This document shows, one piece after another, positions 40,794 through 51,283 of a stretch of DNA of 64,000 bases (within the stretch, counting starts at the first letter, position 1; each line of letters opens with the position of its first letter). Source of the stretch: Leidyana gryllorum EB-2025a. Lineage: Eukaryota > Protista > Apicomplexa. The notes below the pieces were generated by a model that was given only the letters and a program-made list of their open reading frames with translations, made no database searches and was not told where the DNA came from. The stretch spans positions 124,001 through 188,000 of the forward strand of contig JBLWGC010000208.1 in the NCBI GenBank assembly GCA_048772705.1, written 5' to 3'. The translations under genes and the position numbers were made by a program.

Positions 40794-41929
40794 TCTATTG
40801 TGCCAGTGTGAAATAGAGACAGAGCGGTGTGACTGGGGGTAGTATCCGCCCTCCCACTTTCAGCCAAGTAACCAGCTGAGTGTATCGGAGTTCGTAAGCT
40901 ATGAAATTGAGATCGCGTAATTGGCATCCGGACATCCACAAGCGGTATTCAAAACCGGTTGTTAACCCGTGCCAGTTACCTCTGGCGCCGTGATCGCTTT
41001 CCTGCCGATGGCACAACATACTAAGCTTCTCGGTGTGACGTCCATCACGCAAAGATTGGACTACGCGAGAGAGAGATTTGGAGCCGTGTCTGCTGTCCTG
41101 GAATATGCGCTTTCGTCCAGGTTGGAGGCATCATGGGCGTTTTGAGTAAGAACGGTACCCAACTCGACTCTCTTGCATAACCCGACTGGAGCTCGCATTC
41201 GACCCAATGTTGAGCAAACTAACGTGTTTTGTAGTCCCGGCCAGCCCTGGGAGGACCGGCCGAGTCCGATCTAGATCCACTCCGGCAATTGGGTCCGGTA
41301 GGGGCCCGGGGGTGGATCGCGTTGCTACCATTGAGAAATCGAGGGTTTTTGGGGATGTTTGAGGGGGATCTAGTTGTGTTCGTAAAAAGAGGGGTTTTTG
41401 AACCACAAGATCCTAAGCGTATTGTTGTTAGTCTGTGTCTCCTGTGCCGGGCCGGCCGGCACGGAGACACAGACATCCGCCGGACCGGTCTTATGCCGGG
41501 TGGCGACAATCTAGCCGTTGTCACCTTTCTTATCATAACGCAACGTCATCCTCCGGCGCTTCGGGTACTTTCGAGTCAGATTTACGCGAGTTGGCGACCA
41601 CTTGAAGCCAGTCTGCACCAATACGACATTAGGTTTTTCGCGAGGTGTTCCGCATATCAGTTCCAATTATGCAGTTTGAAACTTGCCAAGAGGCACATAG
41701 CAATTCTAACGCGTACTACGGAAAATTTTCTGCGAGAAAAAAAGACGTCTTCACTCAGACGACCTGATGCCAACCGGACTCATTGTTCACATTCCAAACG
41801 CACGGGTGCGAGGCGACCCGCACTCGTGCCACACCATTCGCCACCTCCTATGGGGATGGTTTGTTCTCCGCCTGGGAGACATTGCCGAGGGGTCTCCCGC
41901 GGCGAGCGAGGAGACGGTCGGAAAAACGC

Positions 41930-42336
41930 CGTCTTCAGAGACCTCCGCCCCCATCGGAGGTGAGTCCGGTAGTGTTGGATCTTGAGAATCCAACCTGACT
42001 GAAGAGCCTCGGCGTCGGGTAATTTGAAGTGTGGACAGCACTCCAAATCACCCATTACGACGCCGCACTCTTCGCCACATCCGAATTCATCGGCCCTTAT
42101 GGTCAAGTCTCTTGGCCGGTCTTTTTTTCTTGCTTGCAATAACTATCAGTTAGTATGCTTCCATGAATCCCCGGTCGTCTCGTAACGCTTCTCCAGCCGA
42201 GAAGTGGACACTGTAATTTGCCAATTCCACTGTCTCTTCCCTCTTTCATCAAACCGTTTGTTGAGCTCCGAGGAACGGGGAACTCTGGGTGGTCAGTTCT
42301 TCCGCGACTGGCATCGCCCCAAAATTCCACTTAAAA
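41930..42336 (-). repeat. Dispersed module M, copy 1
   Basis: Its reverse complement shares GGAATTTTGGGGCG, TGGAATTGGCAAATTACAGTG and AAGCAAGAAAAA with 45882-46110. Confidence 0.8.
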
Positions 42337-42672
42337 AAATAAATTCACCCGTCCGTGACCGTTACGTTTTTTGGCCACTCGCTGCCGACATGGAATGTTC
42401 GTCACGATTACACGCTGTCATCAGTTGGGTGGCTGCGACCCACCGGAGACTCCACAGTATCTTTGCAGTTACATCAGGTCTGTGAGGAAAGAAATCAGAG
42501 ATCGAAGAAAGGTGTCGGAGAAAGAATCTGCCTCGCCTGTGACGGTTGACTTGGCAGACTCTGGCGTGTGTGTCTGTAACATGTTGACCGCAGAGGTATC
42601 AGGATTCGGGCGCGACTCTACTGCAGTCGCGTTCGAACGCGGCTCGACTCTCGCAGTTGTTCCGGAAAACCT

Positions 42673-44474
42673 TTGCCTCGGATGGGCAAAAGCAAAACCG
42701 ATCGCACCCGTCGAGCTTCTCCTGGGTTACGTATCCCGTATTCAAAGATGATACATGAAAAGCTCCTGAAGATCTCATCTTTGGCGAGCATCGCAAATGA
42801 AGATCGAAAAGTTCGTGTGGAGAAGCTCATATTTGACACTGATTGTACCATCGAACAGTCCTTACACATAACGGCCGATCAAGTGGACTTCTCGAGAAAA
42901 TGTTCCATTGAGTTTGTGGAAGGTGCCTCGTTTCATTGCCTCAGCCCTTTGACGATTAGGGGAGCGCTAAAAAGTCGGAAGAAGCTTCGGGTCAGCGCTC
43001 CAAGGGTGTCGATATTTGGGTCGGTCACAGCGGCCACTTTTCTTCGGATTGATGGTGGAGAATACTTTGCAAATCTCGGCCAGCTTCGAGGCCAAAGAGT
43101 CCACATTCGAGCAGTGCAGGTCTGGAATGGAGCAGACTTTGTTGTTTCCGGTGGAAAAAGGGTCAGATGGGCGAAATGTCCGGAGATTAAAGCCGCGAAA
43201 TCGAATAGTCCCTTGTCAAATAAAGTTGACATCAAGATCACTGCGGCGGATGTCATATTAGTTGACAGCCGAACGTTATCCGGTGGGACAATTGAGTTTT
43301 TACCCTGGACCCCTTCCCTCACCTTACCAACGAGACTACTTTTTAGCCCCGAGGGCGGCGGCTTTCGCTTTGGCAGTCATTCGAATTGTTCTAGGTTATT
43401 TCAGGTAATCACGTACACTCAAAAATCGTAAGCCACACGTGTGTCCGTGTCTCCGAGATGCCGGCCGGCATTTCCGGAGACACCGTCCTTCAACTCTCGA
43501 CGTTGTCAGTGATCCTGGCGCCACCAATAGCTTGATCATGGCTATCACGCTACTGGTGGCGTCGGGATCACTGACAACGGGCCAGTTGAGGGGTGCTGCC
43601 TACCTGAGTTCGCTCAGTGGGTGATCAATGTCTTCGGAGCAGACGGCCGCCCTTGAGGGTGCCGTGGGATGGGTCCAGGAGAGGGGGCTGGTCTAGTAAG
43701 GGTCGTGGCGGGCTAACACTACTCCAGCGCGGGGCCATCTGTGCGGAGGAGGGGGTGGTCACTCATCTGGAGCAGTTTTACTGCCTCGGACCTGTCTCAG
43801 ACTATTTCATTCCCTTCGTGGCGGGGGAATACACCGTCGATGACGGAGAATGGCAGAGTTTCCAGACGTGGGCGGGTGTCGAGCTGACCTCCTCGAGCGG
43901 GGACGCAGCACACATAAGTGCACTCGAGAAAGTACAATGTACCTGTGGGCAACTGAAAACAGTCTCAGACGAAATCATTCCCCACACTTGTTGGTGTCTC
44001 CACGGACCGCAAGGCAACGATACTAAGTTCTGGAGAACTACTACATCTTGCCGACTGGCCTTCTTCCATGATCGGCAGCCCACCACCCGCGCATATTTGA
44101 AGGAGGTATATTGCCGTGCAGGCGAGGTTGTCATCGACGCCAATGCGGTGAAGGGGCTCCGAGGTCTGAGCATCGTCCACACTTCACAGGTGCCAAAGCG
44201 CGTTGAGTGGCCAGCTCGCTGGTGGGTTGAGAAACGGGCAGGTGGCTGGCACAAAATCTGCACGGAAGACGTCTCATTGTCAACCAGCATAACGCGGGTG
44301 ATCTCCCATATAGACAATTGCCAAACGCGGACGGTTCATCAAAGTACGGAGTGGGGTGAGCGACGCCTGACTCCTGAGGACAGGATAGATGTTCGGTTTG
44401 CAGACATAGTGTTAGGGCATTTTCGATTTCTGGGCCCAAGATCATCCATCGTGCAAAAACTCTTACAATCTTAG
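42673..44474 (+). pseudogene. Copy B of the unknown gene family, interrupted by a 377-bp insertion (about 470 aa if the insert is removed)
   Basis: ORFs 42673..43431 and 43617..44474 fuse to PTRLLQRGA on deleting 43341-43723, identical to the uninterrupted peptide in copy C. Confidence 0.8.
43341..43717. mobile_element. Short non-autonomous insertion element with a 6-bp target-site duplication (ACTACT), short inverted termini and internal hairpins
   Basis: ACTACT at 43335-43340 and 43718-43723; TTAGCCC near the left end and GGGCTAA near the right end; the paralog shows the empty site. Confidence 0.75.
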
Positions 44475-45881
44475 TGAACAGCTCACCAACTACGTCCCAA
44501 AGTGTAAACAAAAAGTGCTTTAATGACTCGCGGATGATCAGTAATTAAGATGCTGTGAGCACCGCTGTCCGAACATTGTACACGCTATCCATACTTCTCT
44601 TGAAATCCTGTTCTTTTGGTCGCTCCCGCTTGAGTTTTAATACTGATCATTGTCGAAAAAATAGGGTCACCAGGCCAGGTAACTCTCCTAGAAATGGTGC
44701 GTCGTACCTGTTAGGTTACACTCTACGCGATCGCGAGCCATTCCGCTCTGAAACACTCCATACCGGGAGACGCAGTCCTGTGTCCCGTTACTCTGAGCTC
44801 TAGCGGGTCCTCCAGGCGGTGTACCGGCTGCAGGTAGATGCCATGTGGACTTGCGAGAAATGGTCGATCTACGTATCCGTCTTTGACGCGGTTGCAGTAT
44901 TTGGCCGGCTGTTGGTTGCTGACCTTCCGATACCGATCAAAGACGAAGAACAGGTGTCCAAGGGTATATGTCAACTCGACGTTCTCTCTGTGACGCGCCT
45001 AGAATGGTTGTCATTCTCCCTCCGGCATCCCGCCCGGTCTATCATTTTTCGTTCTCTAGCGATATCAATCACTCCTGAGTCTGCATTTCAAACTGTGATC
45101 TCGGCAACACCACATTTGAAGTCATCTTTGTCATGAGAGAGAACGACATCTGATAGACCGCGCCTCAAACATGAGACTCTTTCCAGACACTCGGGACAAA
45201 GTGGTCACCGAGCCATCTTTTGTGAGAAAGCTCTCGGGAATGTATCCTGAATCGCGGAAATTGTGGGTGCCCAATTGAGTGGACATCGATACACTTCTGA
45301 CATCGGCCGCCTATACGGGAACGCAGAGGAAACATACCCATCAGCGGCTTCCTGATACGAGGCCAGCGTCTTTGCGTGCGAGGGGAAATTGACCTCCTAA
45401 GGCACCGATATGTCTCATGCTGCTGATTCGCCTCCCAGACTGGGGTGGGCGGGCAATGTCGCCAAAGATGGCCACACCGACGGTCGTTCGCTCTCTCTGC
45501 GGGAGCCATGATGTTGATGTCAACATCGCTCCAAACCCATCAAGAGTCATAGGCCTTAATATCATCACATCGAGAGAGAAGCTATGCGACGGATTCCATC
45601 ACGGAAGTGGGTATTTAGACGTGAACCATTCTCATCACCAGGACCCCCGCCAGAAGTGGTGATCTCTGGTGTCACTGCTCTCAATCGTCGTCACACTCTT
45701 ATGCGGCACCACCTTCGTACCATTCTGCCAACCTAAGTCTAAATTGAGTACACTTAGACACGCACAAGAACACATCTGTCCAAGCTGCTGTCGCCCATTA
45801 TACAGTGCGGCGACGGCAGCCACACTGAAACACTCAGTGTCCAAAATAAGTAGAAAATCAGCAGTAATGCACTGATGGTTA

Positions 45882-46510
45882 GAATTTTTTTTCCCCTCGG
45901 AATTTTGGGGCGGTTTCAGGCGAATAGGAACTGAGCACCCGAAGTTCCCGTTTCCTTCGGCCAGAGATGCTGTCAGATGAAGGAGAGGGGTGGGATTGGA
46001 ATTGGCAAATTACAGTGGCCACTCCTCTACCGGAGTGACAGTTACGAGGCGACTCGAGAGTTCACAAGCTGCAACTTCTAATTATTGTTTGAAAGCAAGA
46101 AAAAGAAAGGTTGGGCTGTGGTCGGAAGAGATGAATGCTCTGAGGGGTGATGGAATTCAGGGTCGTGAATCCCATCGCCCACTGATTCAGGCAAAGCAAA
46201 CTCTTCAGCAGTTTGTGACCTTTGACGGCCACAACTGGTGCAGTTGGATTTCATATTCCAACTCAGAGAGGCTTTTCGGGCCTCTGACTGCCCCCAACGA
46301 ATGGGAGCGGTGGACGTGAAGCCGTCCCGTCCGAAGACTCAGTCTCCCGACTCCCATTCAGCGGGGTGGCAAAAAGCCAACCCCACAGGAGGAGTCGTGG
46401 AAGAGACTCCCACGAGTTTCTTTGGGCCTCGGGCCGCTGGGCCGGAGGGAAGCGAATGACTAAGCCAGTCATTGTTAGAACTTGCTGCGCAGAGTTCTTT
46501 TCTCTTGCAA
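45882..46510 (+). repeat. Dispersed module M, copy 2 (internal segment of about 130 bp inverted)
   Basis: Matches 41930-42336 and 49340-49730 as described in the findings. Confidence 0.85.
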
Positions 46511-47343
46511 AAGGTTAAGTAGTATTGCTTTAGTTGCAGCTTGTGAGTGATGTAGTGAATCATAACCAATCCGAATCCTGATATGGGAGGAAAACCGTAC
46601 AGGTAAATCACTCTGTCAGACTTGTGCCATCGCGGAACGCGTGATATCGGAATTCGTTCTGCTTACAACTCTTCGATCCCACTTTGGGCCGGTGTTCGCA
46701 AACGCTGGGACGGCTGCGAGTCGGTGGCATCTTCGACACTGCGGTTTGAAAGGCACAATAGCAAAGAGTCTCATGGTTGGCCGCAGTAGGAGAGACAGAT
46801 GCCGGGGGTGAGGAATGACAGTGAGTAGAACACTGTGTTCCGTTGGACCACTGAGGGCGGTGTCAGTGGAGGGGGAAGTAACTTCAAGCCGCCTCCCGAC
46901 GATGAAAACAATAAGTGGTCTCAAGATGCGCGATGCGATTCAATGTTGAGTGGATCCGATAGGCCTCCGTGTCAGACTTGTCCGTCATTCAGGGACTGAC
47001 AACAGCTTCAAGCTCGCCACCGGTTGATACAGTCATCTACGGGTCGGGTAGTTGTTCACCCGCCACTATCTCATAGTGAGCGGACTGAAGGGCTGGGTAA
47101 ACATGAAGCGCGACGTGCGGACCTTCCTATTGATCGGTCTTAACTGGCGCATAGGAATGTACGTGAACACCATAATTCTGAGCATTATGATCTCACCAAT
47201 GATATGTGAGGATGTTCGACGAGCAGTCGACGAGAAGAATCATCCCTGACGCCAAGACAGGCGGCACTTACATTATTCGATTGGAATCATTTTCAGTCAC
47301 ATCCCGAAGCAGTGACAAAACAATCACCCGTACTTTAGACCGT

Positions 47344-48799
47344 CTACTTCATCCGGTTTCTCAGGGTACACTGGGTACTCCAAAAGCGAAAATGCTCCGC
47401 CAAAATCCGGGCGAAGTTGACCTCACCGTCCGCTGGAGTGAGACGCCGCTCATCCCAGCTCAGCGTCCGCGACTCGTCAATCACGCAGTCTTTGACCTTC
47501 CGAACTGTCTTTTGTATCGATGTTCGTAGAGTAACGTTTTGGTGCGACAGAGTACTCCAACCAGCTATGGGTCTGTCCGCCCGCCATCGATGCGGCCATG
47601 ACTCACGATGAGGGGTTCTGGAGGTATACACAATATTGAATTCTTTGACTCCGTAGATCACTTGGGCTCTGAACGAGACATTGTCACCATCCAGCCCTTT
47701 AGCCAAGTTTCTCGTCGTCGGGCGGTGGTCGAACCACTCCCCCTCCCGATAGTTACGTGTAACTAAGAATGAGTGGGGGGTACCATTCAATTCACTGTGC
47801 ACCCAAGTTATGTGCCCAATACGGACTGCTTGCCGACAAGACTTCTACAACGCGGCGCCATGCGCGCTGATGCAAAAGTCACCATTGCTCTGCAAGAGTG
47901 TTACTGTATGCGCTCTGTAGAAATGGATTGTGTAGCTTTCAAGGATGTGCCTGGAGATTGGCAATGGCGTGTGATTTGGGAAAAAGACTAAGTTATGTAA
48001 GTGTCGGGCTCTAGGGCTGGTTGCGCGGCCTTCCTGGCGTCCTGGGCTAGTGCTTTAGGGATGATGCTCGTCTTAGATCCTCCTCTGGTGGTTGGCATTT
48101 TCGGTAAGTTCGTGCGGGTCTGCGTGTCGGTGTCTCCGGTGTGTTCGAGACGCGTTCATGTACATCAAAAAGGTATCCCAGTAGTCTAGCTCGTAGTCCG
48201 GTGGCCTACAGTAATCTTCCCGGGCGGTATTCAGTCATGTTGCCATGCCGATGCGGGCTGCTAAAATACTCGAATGGGAAGCCAAAGTGTCACATTCGGC
48301 GCCAGTTCACATGCCGAACATCTTTGACCATCGACGTCGTTTCGCTGTCGACAAGGATCACGTCAACGGCCGAAAACGTGATTGAGATGTCGTCCGGCGA
48401 CAAGTTGTCATTGAAAGCTACTGCTCCGCCAACCAGTTTCACCTTGCACTCAACCGTGGACTGGATCTCGTCACTCGTGATATGTATGAAGTGATCGAAT
48501 ATGCAATTCGCATCCAGAATGAACCTTTCTAAAACCATTTTCCGCGTTCCGGTAGCCACCTGTGCCAAGTCACTAGCTTTGACCGTCAAGTGTGGGAGGT
48601 CGACTGCCTTGTGTTTCAGCCAGCGTAGCCGTTTGCGAAGCTCATCGCGTCTCGAGAGAGCTCGTGTCGCTGGTTGGTTAATCTCTTCTTCTAATGCGCC
48701 GACCGTGGCAAAGTGAGAGCTGACCGCTCTGACCAATTCGCTTTGAGCCATCACTCGGCTGATATGTTCGACTGACCAATGTTCTTGCTTTTTCTGCAC
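47344..48799 (-). pseudogene. Copy C of the unknown gene family with internal inversion 47774-48330
   Basis: The - strand segments ASDLAQVATGTRKMVLERFILDANC..HITSD and DVILVDS match copy B; the middle part (GGTIQF, PTRLLQRGA, CRCGLLK) is on +; the C-terminal part is again on -. Confidence 0.8.
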
Positions 48800-49339
48800 T
48801 GTCCGGGGCCAGCCCCTGGAACGCTCACCTCCAGTGTGCTCAGGGCTAAGCTAACTGGCGCCGTCGCGTCCCTTTGAAAAGACAAATGGGGATGTGAGGA
48901 ACTGAGTGACTCGTCACCAAGACGAGAGAGCTCAGCGATCGGGATACCTCTGGCACTTCAGTGCGTGTGACGAGAGACTCACAGTTATCCCACACATACA
49001 ACCGCCCAGTGACCCAAACCCGCACTTTTCAGTATCACGACCACAGGTTGGGATTGAAAAATGGTGTTGACGGGAGTTAGGGAAAAGTGTTGGGAGATCG
49101 ACATAGAACCAACAGGACTCAAGACTGATAAGAGTGCTTATGGAGCAACTTTTTGTTGTTCGTGCGACGTAGTGTAATTAAACTATGAAACAATGGTAAA
49201 CGGAACGAATTGCGCGAGATCACGTCTTGGCAAGAGATCTTTCCATACAGGGTTTCCTCCCATACTAGGATTGGGATTGGTTCCGATTCACCAATTGGTC
49301 ATCGCCAGTTGCAACTTTAACAAATCTTTCATCGCGTGC

Positions 49340-49730
49340 AGTAAAGAATAACTCTGCGCAGCAATTTGTAATAATTACTAGCTGAGCCATTCGCTTCCCT
49401 CCGGCCGGAGTCTCTGCCGCGTCTCCTTTAAATGGGAGTTCGGAGACTGAATCTTCGGACCGGAAGGCTGCAACTCCACCGCTCCTACTCGTTACGGTCA
49501 GTCAGAGGCCCGCAAAGCCTCTCTGACTTGAAGGATGAAATCCAAGGACTCTGGTCCGAAGAGATGAATGCTCTAAGGGGTTTACGGATTCGATTATAGT
49601 GGACCCGATCGCCCATTGTTTCAGACAAAGCAAACTCTTCGGCAGTTTGCGACGTTCGAGGGCCACAACTGTGTACCCAACCCGTCTTCTTCTTGCTTCC
49701 AATCAATACGTAGAAGTTGCAGTGTTGGAC
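49340..49730 (-). repeat. Dispersed module M, copy 3
   Basis: ACTCTGCGCAGCAA, CATTCGCTTCCCTCCGGCC and TAGAAGTTGCAG are reverse complements of sequences in 46069-46500. Confidence 0.85.
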
Positions 49731-50366
49731 CCCTCGAGCCCCACACCAGAAGATGTGTCTGATAACAACCAATCGGTGTTGCCAGTGACTTACAGGTCCT
49801 CAGGCTAGCGTAGATCAGTATGTTGAAGGCTCAGTATTCCTCATCCGCAAGAGAAGGTCAGTCTACTCTTCCCTCCGATACCTTTGGGACCAACCAACAC
49901 GCGGCTGTCGGACAGGGGCCACTTGCGCACCACACCACGGTGGCTAATATGGCGGCATTGGTATCGAGTGTAACTCGCTACACTGTTGAGAGGTGTCTGG
50001 AACTTTTCGGGGCTGCAATTGCGTCGCCGGATAGCAGTGACCCTCTATAAAGCATTGAGCCATGCAGCGGAGAGCCTCTCCCCATAGGCGGAGCGATGTC
50101 TCATCTAATTTTGCCCTCTCGTTGCCTTTTCTTTTTGTGCGTCATCTGCTACACCTTGAAGATATGGGAGGTGAGGGGGCGCACAGCACCCACCTCTGAC
50201 CCGTAGTAGTCGTAGATTCATGGGTCACACTCTTTCGCGTGTGGACGCGACGATGGCAGTGCAGTTTTGGCAGCGAAGCTATCGTTTGATTTTCAGTCCT
50301 AAACCCGCGGCATCAGGCTTTCCACATAAGTTGTTCTCAACACAGTCACGAAAATGAGGGATACGT

Positions 50367-51207
50367 TCAGTGAGCACGCTCTTTCGACTCCTGGGCTTTG
50401 TGTCTCTCGGCCTTGGCGGCAGCGGCGGCAGCCTTCTTCTGAGCCACGTAGTCTTCGATGACCTTCTTGAACTCAGCAGCCTCAGCCTTGGACTTCTCAC
50501 TGCGGCGGACGAGTTCAGCCCTATAGCTCTTCTTGCGCGCAACACGGCGGGAAGTCACCAGTCTTTGGATCTTGGGTGCCTTGGTCTTCTTGCCCTCCTT
50601 GATGACACGACGAACGACGAACTGACGGACATCATCATCCTTCTCAAGGTTGAAGAGTTTGCGGATCTTGCTGGCTCTCTTGGGACCCAGACGGCGGGGG
50701 CGGACCTCAGTGGTGAGGTTCTCAATCTCTTCGGGTCCCTTGCGGATGACGGTGAGGTTGAGAGCGGAGATATCGGAAGCCACGATGCATCCACGGACAG
50801 ACTTGCGCTTCATCGAACCCTTCCTGCGCTCACGGAAGCACTTCATTCCCTGCATTCCCAAATCACGAATGACAGTGAGGAGTGAGTGAGTGCGTTCTTA
50901 CCTTGCGGAAGAGAAGGCGGACGCGGTTGTTGGTGAGAACACCCTGCATCATGGGGAAACCCTGCTTGTCATTGCCACCAGTGACACTGCAAAGTGAATA
51001 AAAGTCAAAGAGTGCCGCGGAAAACGATAGCTGATCGCATGGACAAATAACTTACCGAAGGACGTAACCCTTCCAGTTCTCTCCGATGGTGTCAGCCGGC
51101 ACCTCAGCACCAATACGCTTCTCATAGAAGGGCAAAAGCAGCTTCTCGTTATCAATCTCAAGCGATTGGACACATCCCGTGACGGGGTAGGAAATGTTGA
51201 GCTTCAT
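50367..51207 (-). CDS. RPS6: 40S ribosomal protein S6 (eS6), 3 exons
   Basis: [51 protein letters not shown] and [10 protein letters not shown]. Confidence 0.97.
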
Positions 51208-51283
51208 CGCCGTGCGCCAGGAGTTTAGGCTCCCCGAAAAAAAATGAACATCGAAAAGGACTATTCGTTACGTCTAAATTAGA

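Noticed and set aside
43341-43717. Insertion as a spliceosomal intron or hammerhead retrozyme
   Set aside because: No GT-AG at any register that restores the frame, far longer than local introns, and no CUGANGA/GAAA hammerhead core found by eye.
44500-45880. Short ORFs in 44.5-45.9 kb and 46.5-47.3 kb
   Set aside because: Only faint mutual similarity (possibly decayed 3' parts of copies B and C); not supportable as genes.
40080-50100. Autonomous transposase, reverse transcriptase or integrase in the island
   Set aside because: No DDE, YxDD, HUH or tyrosine-recombinase motifs recognised in the ORFs examined.
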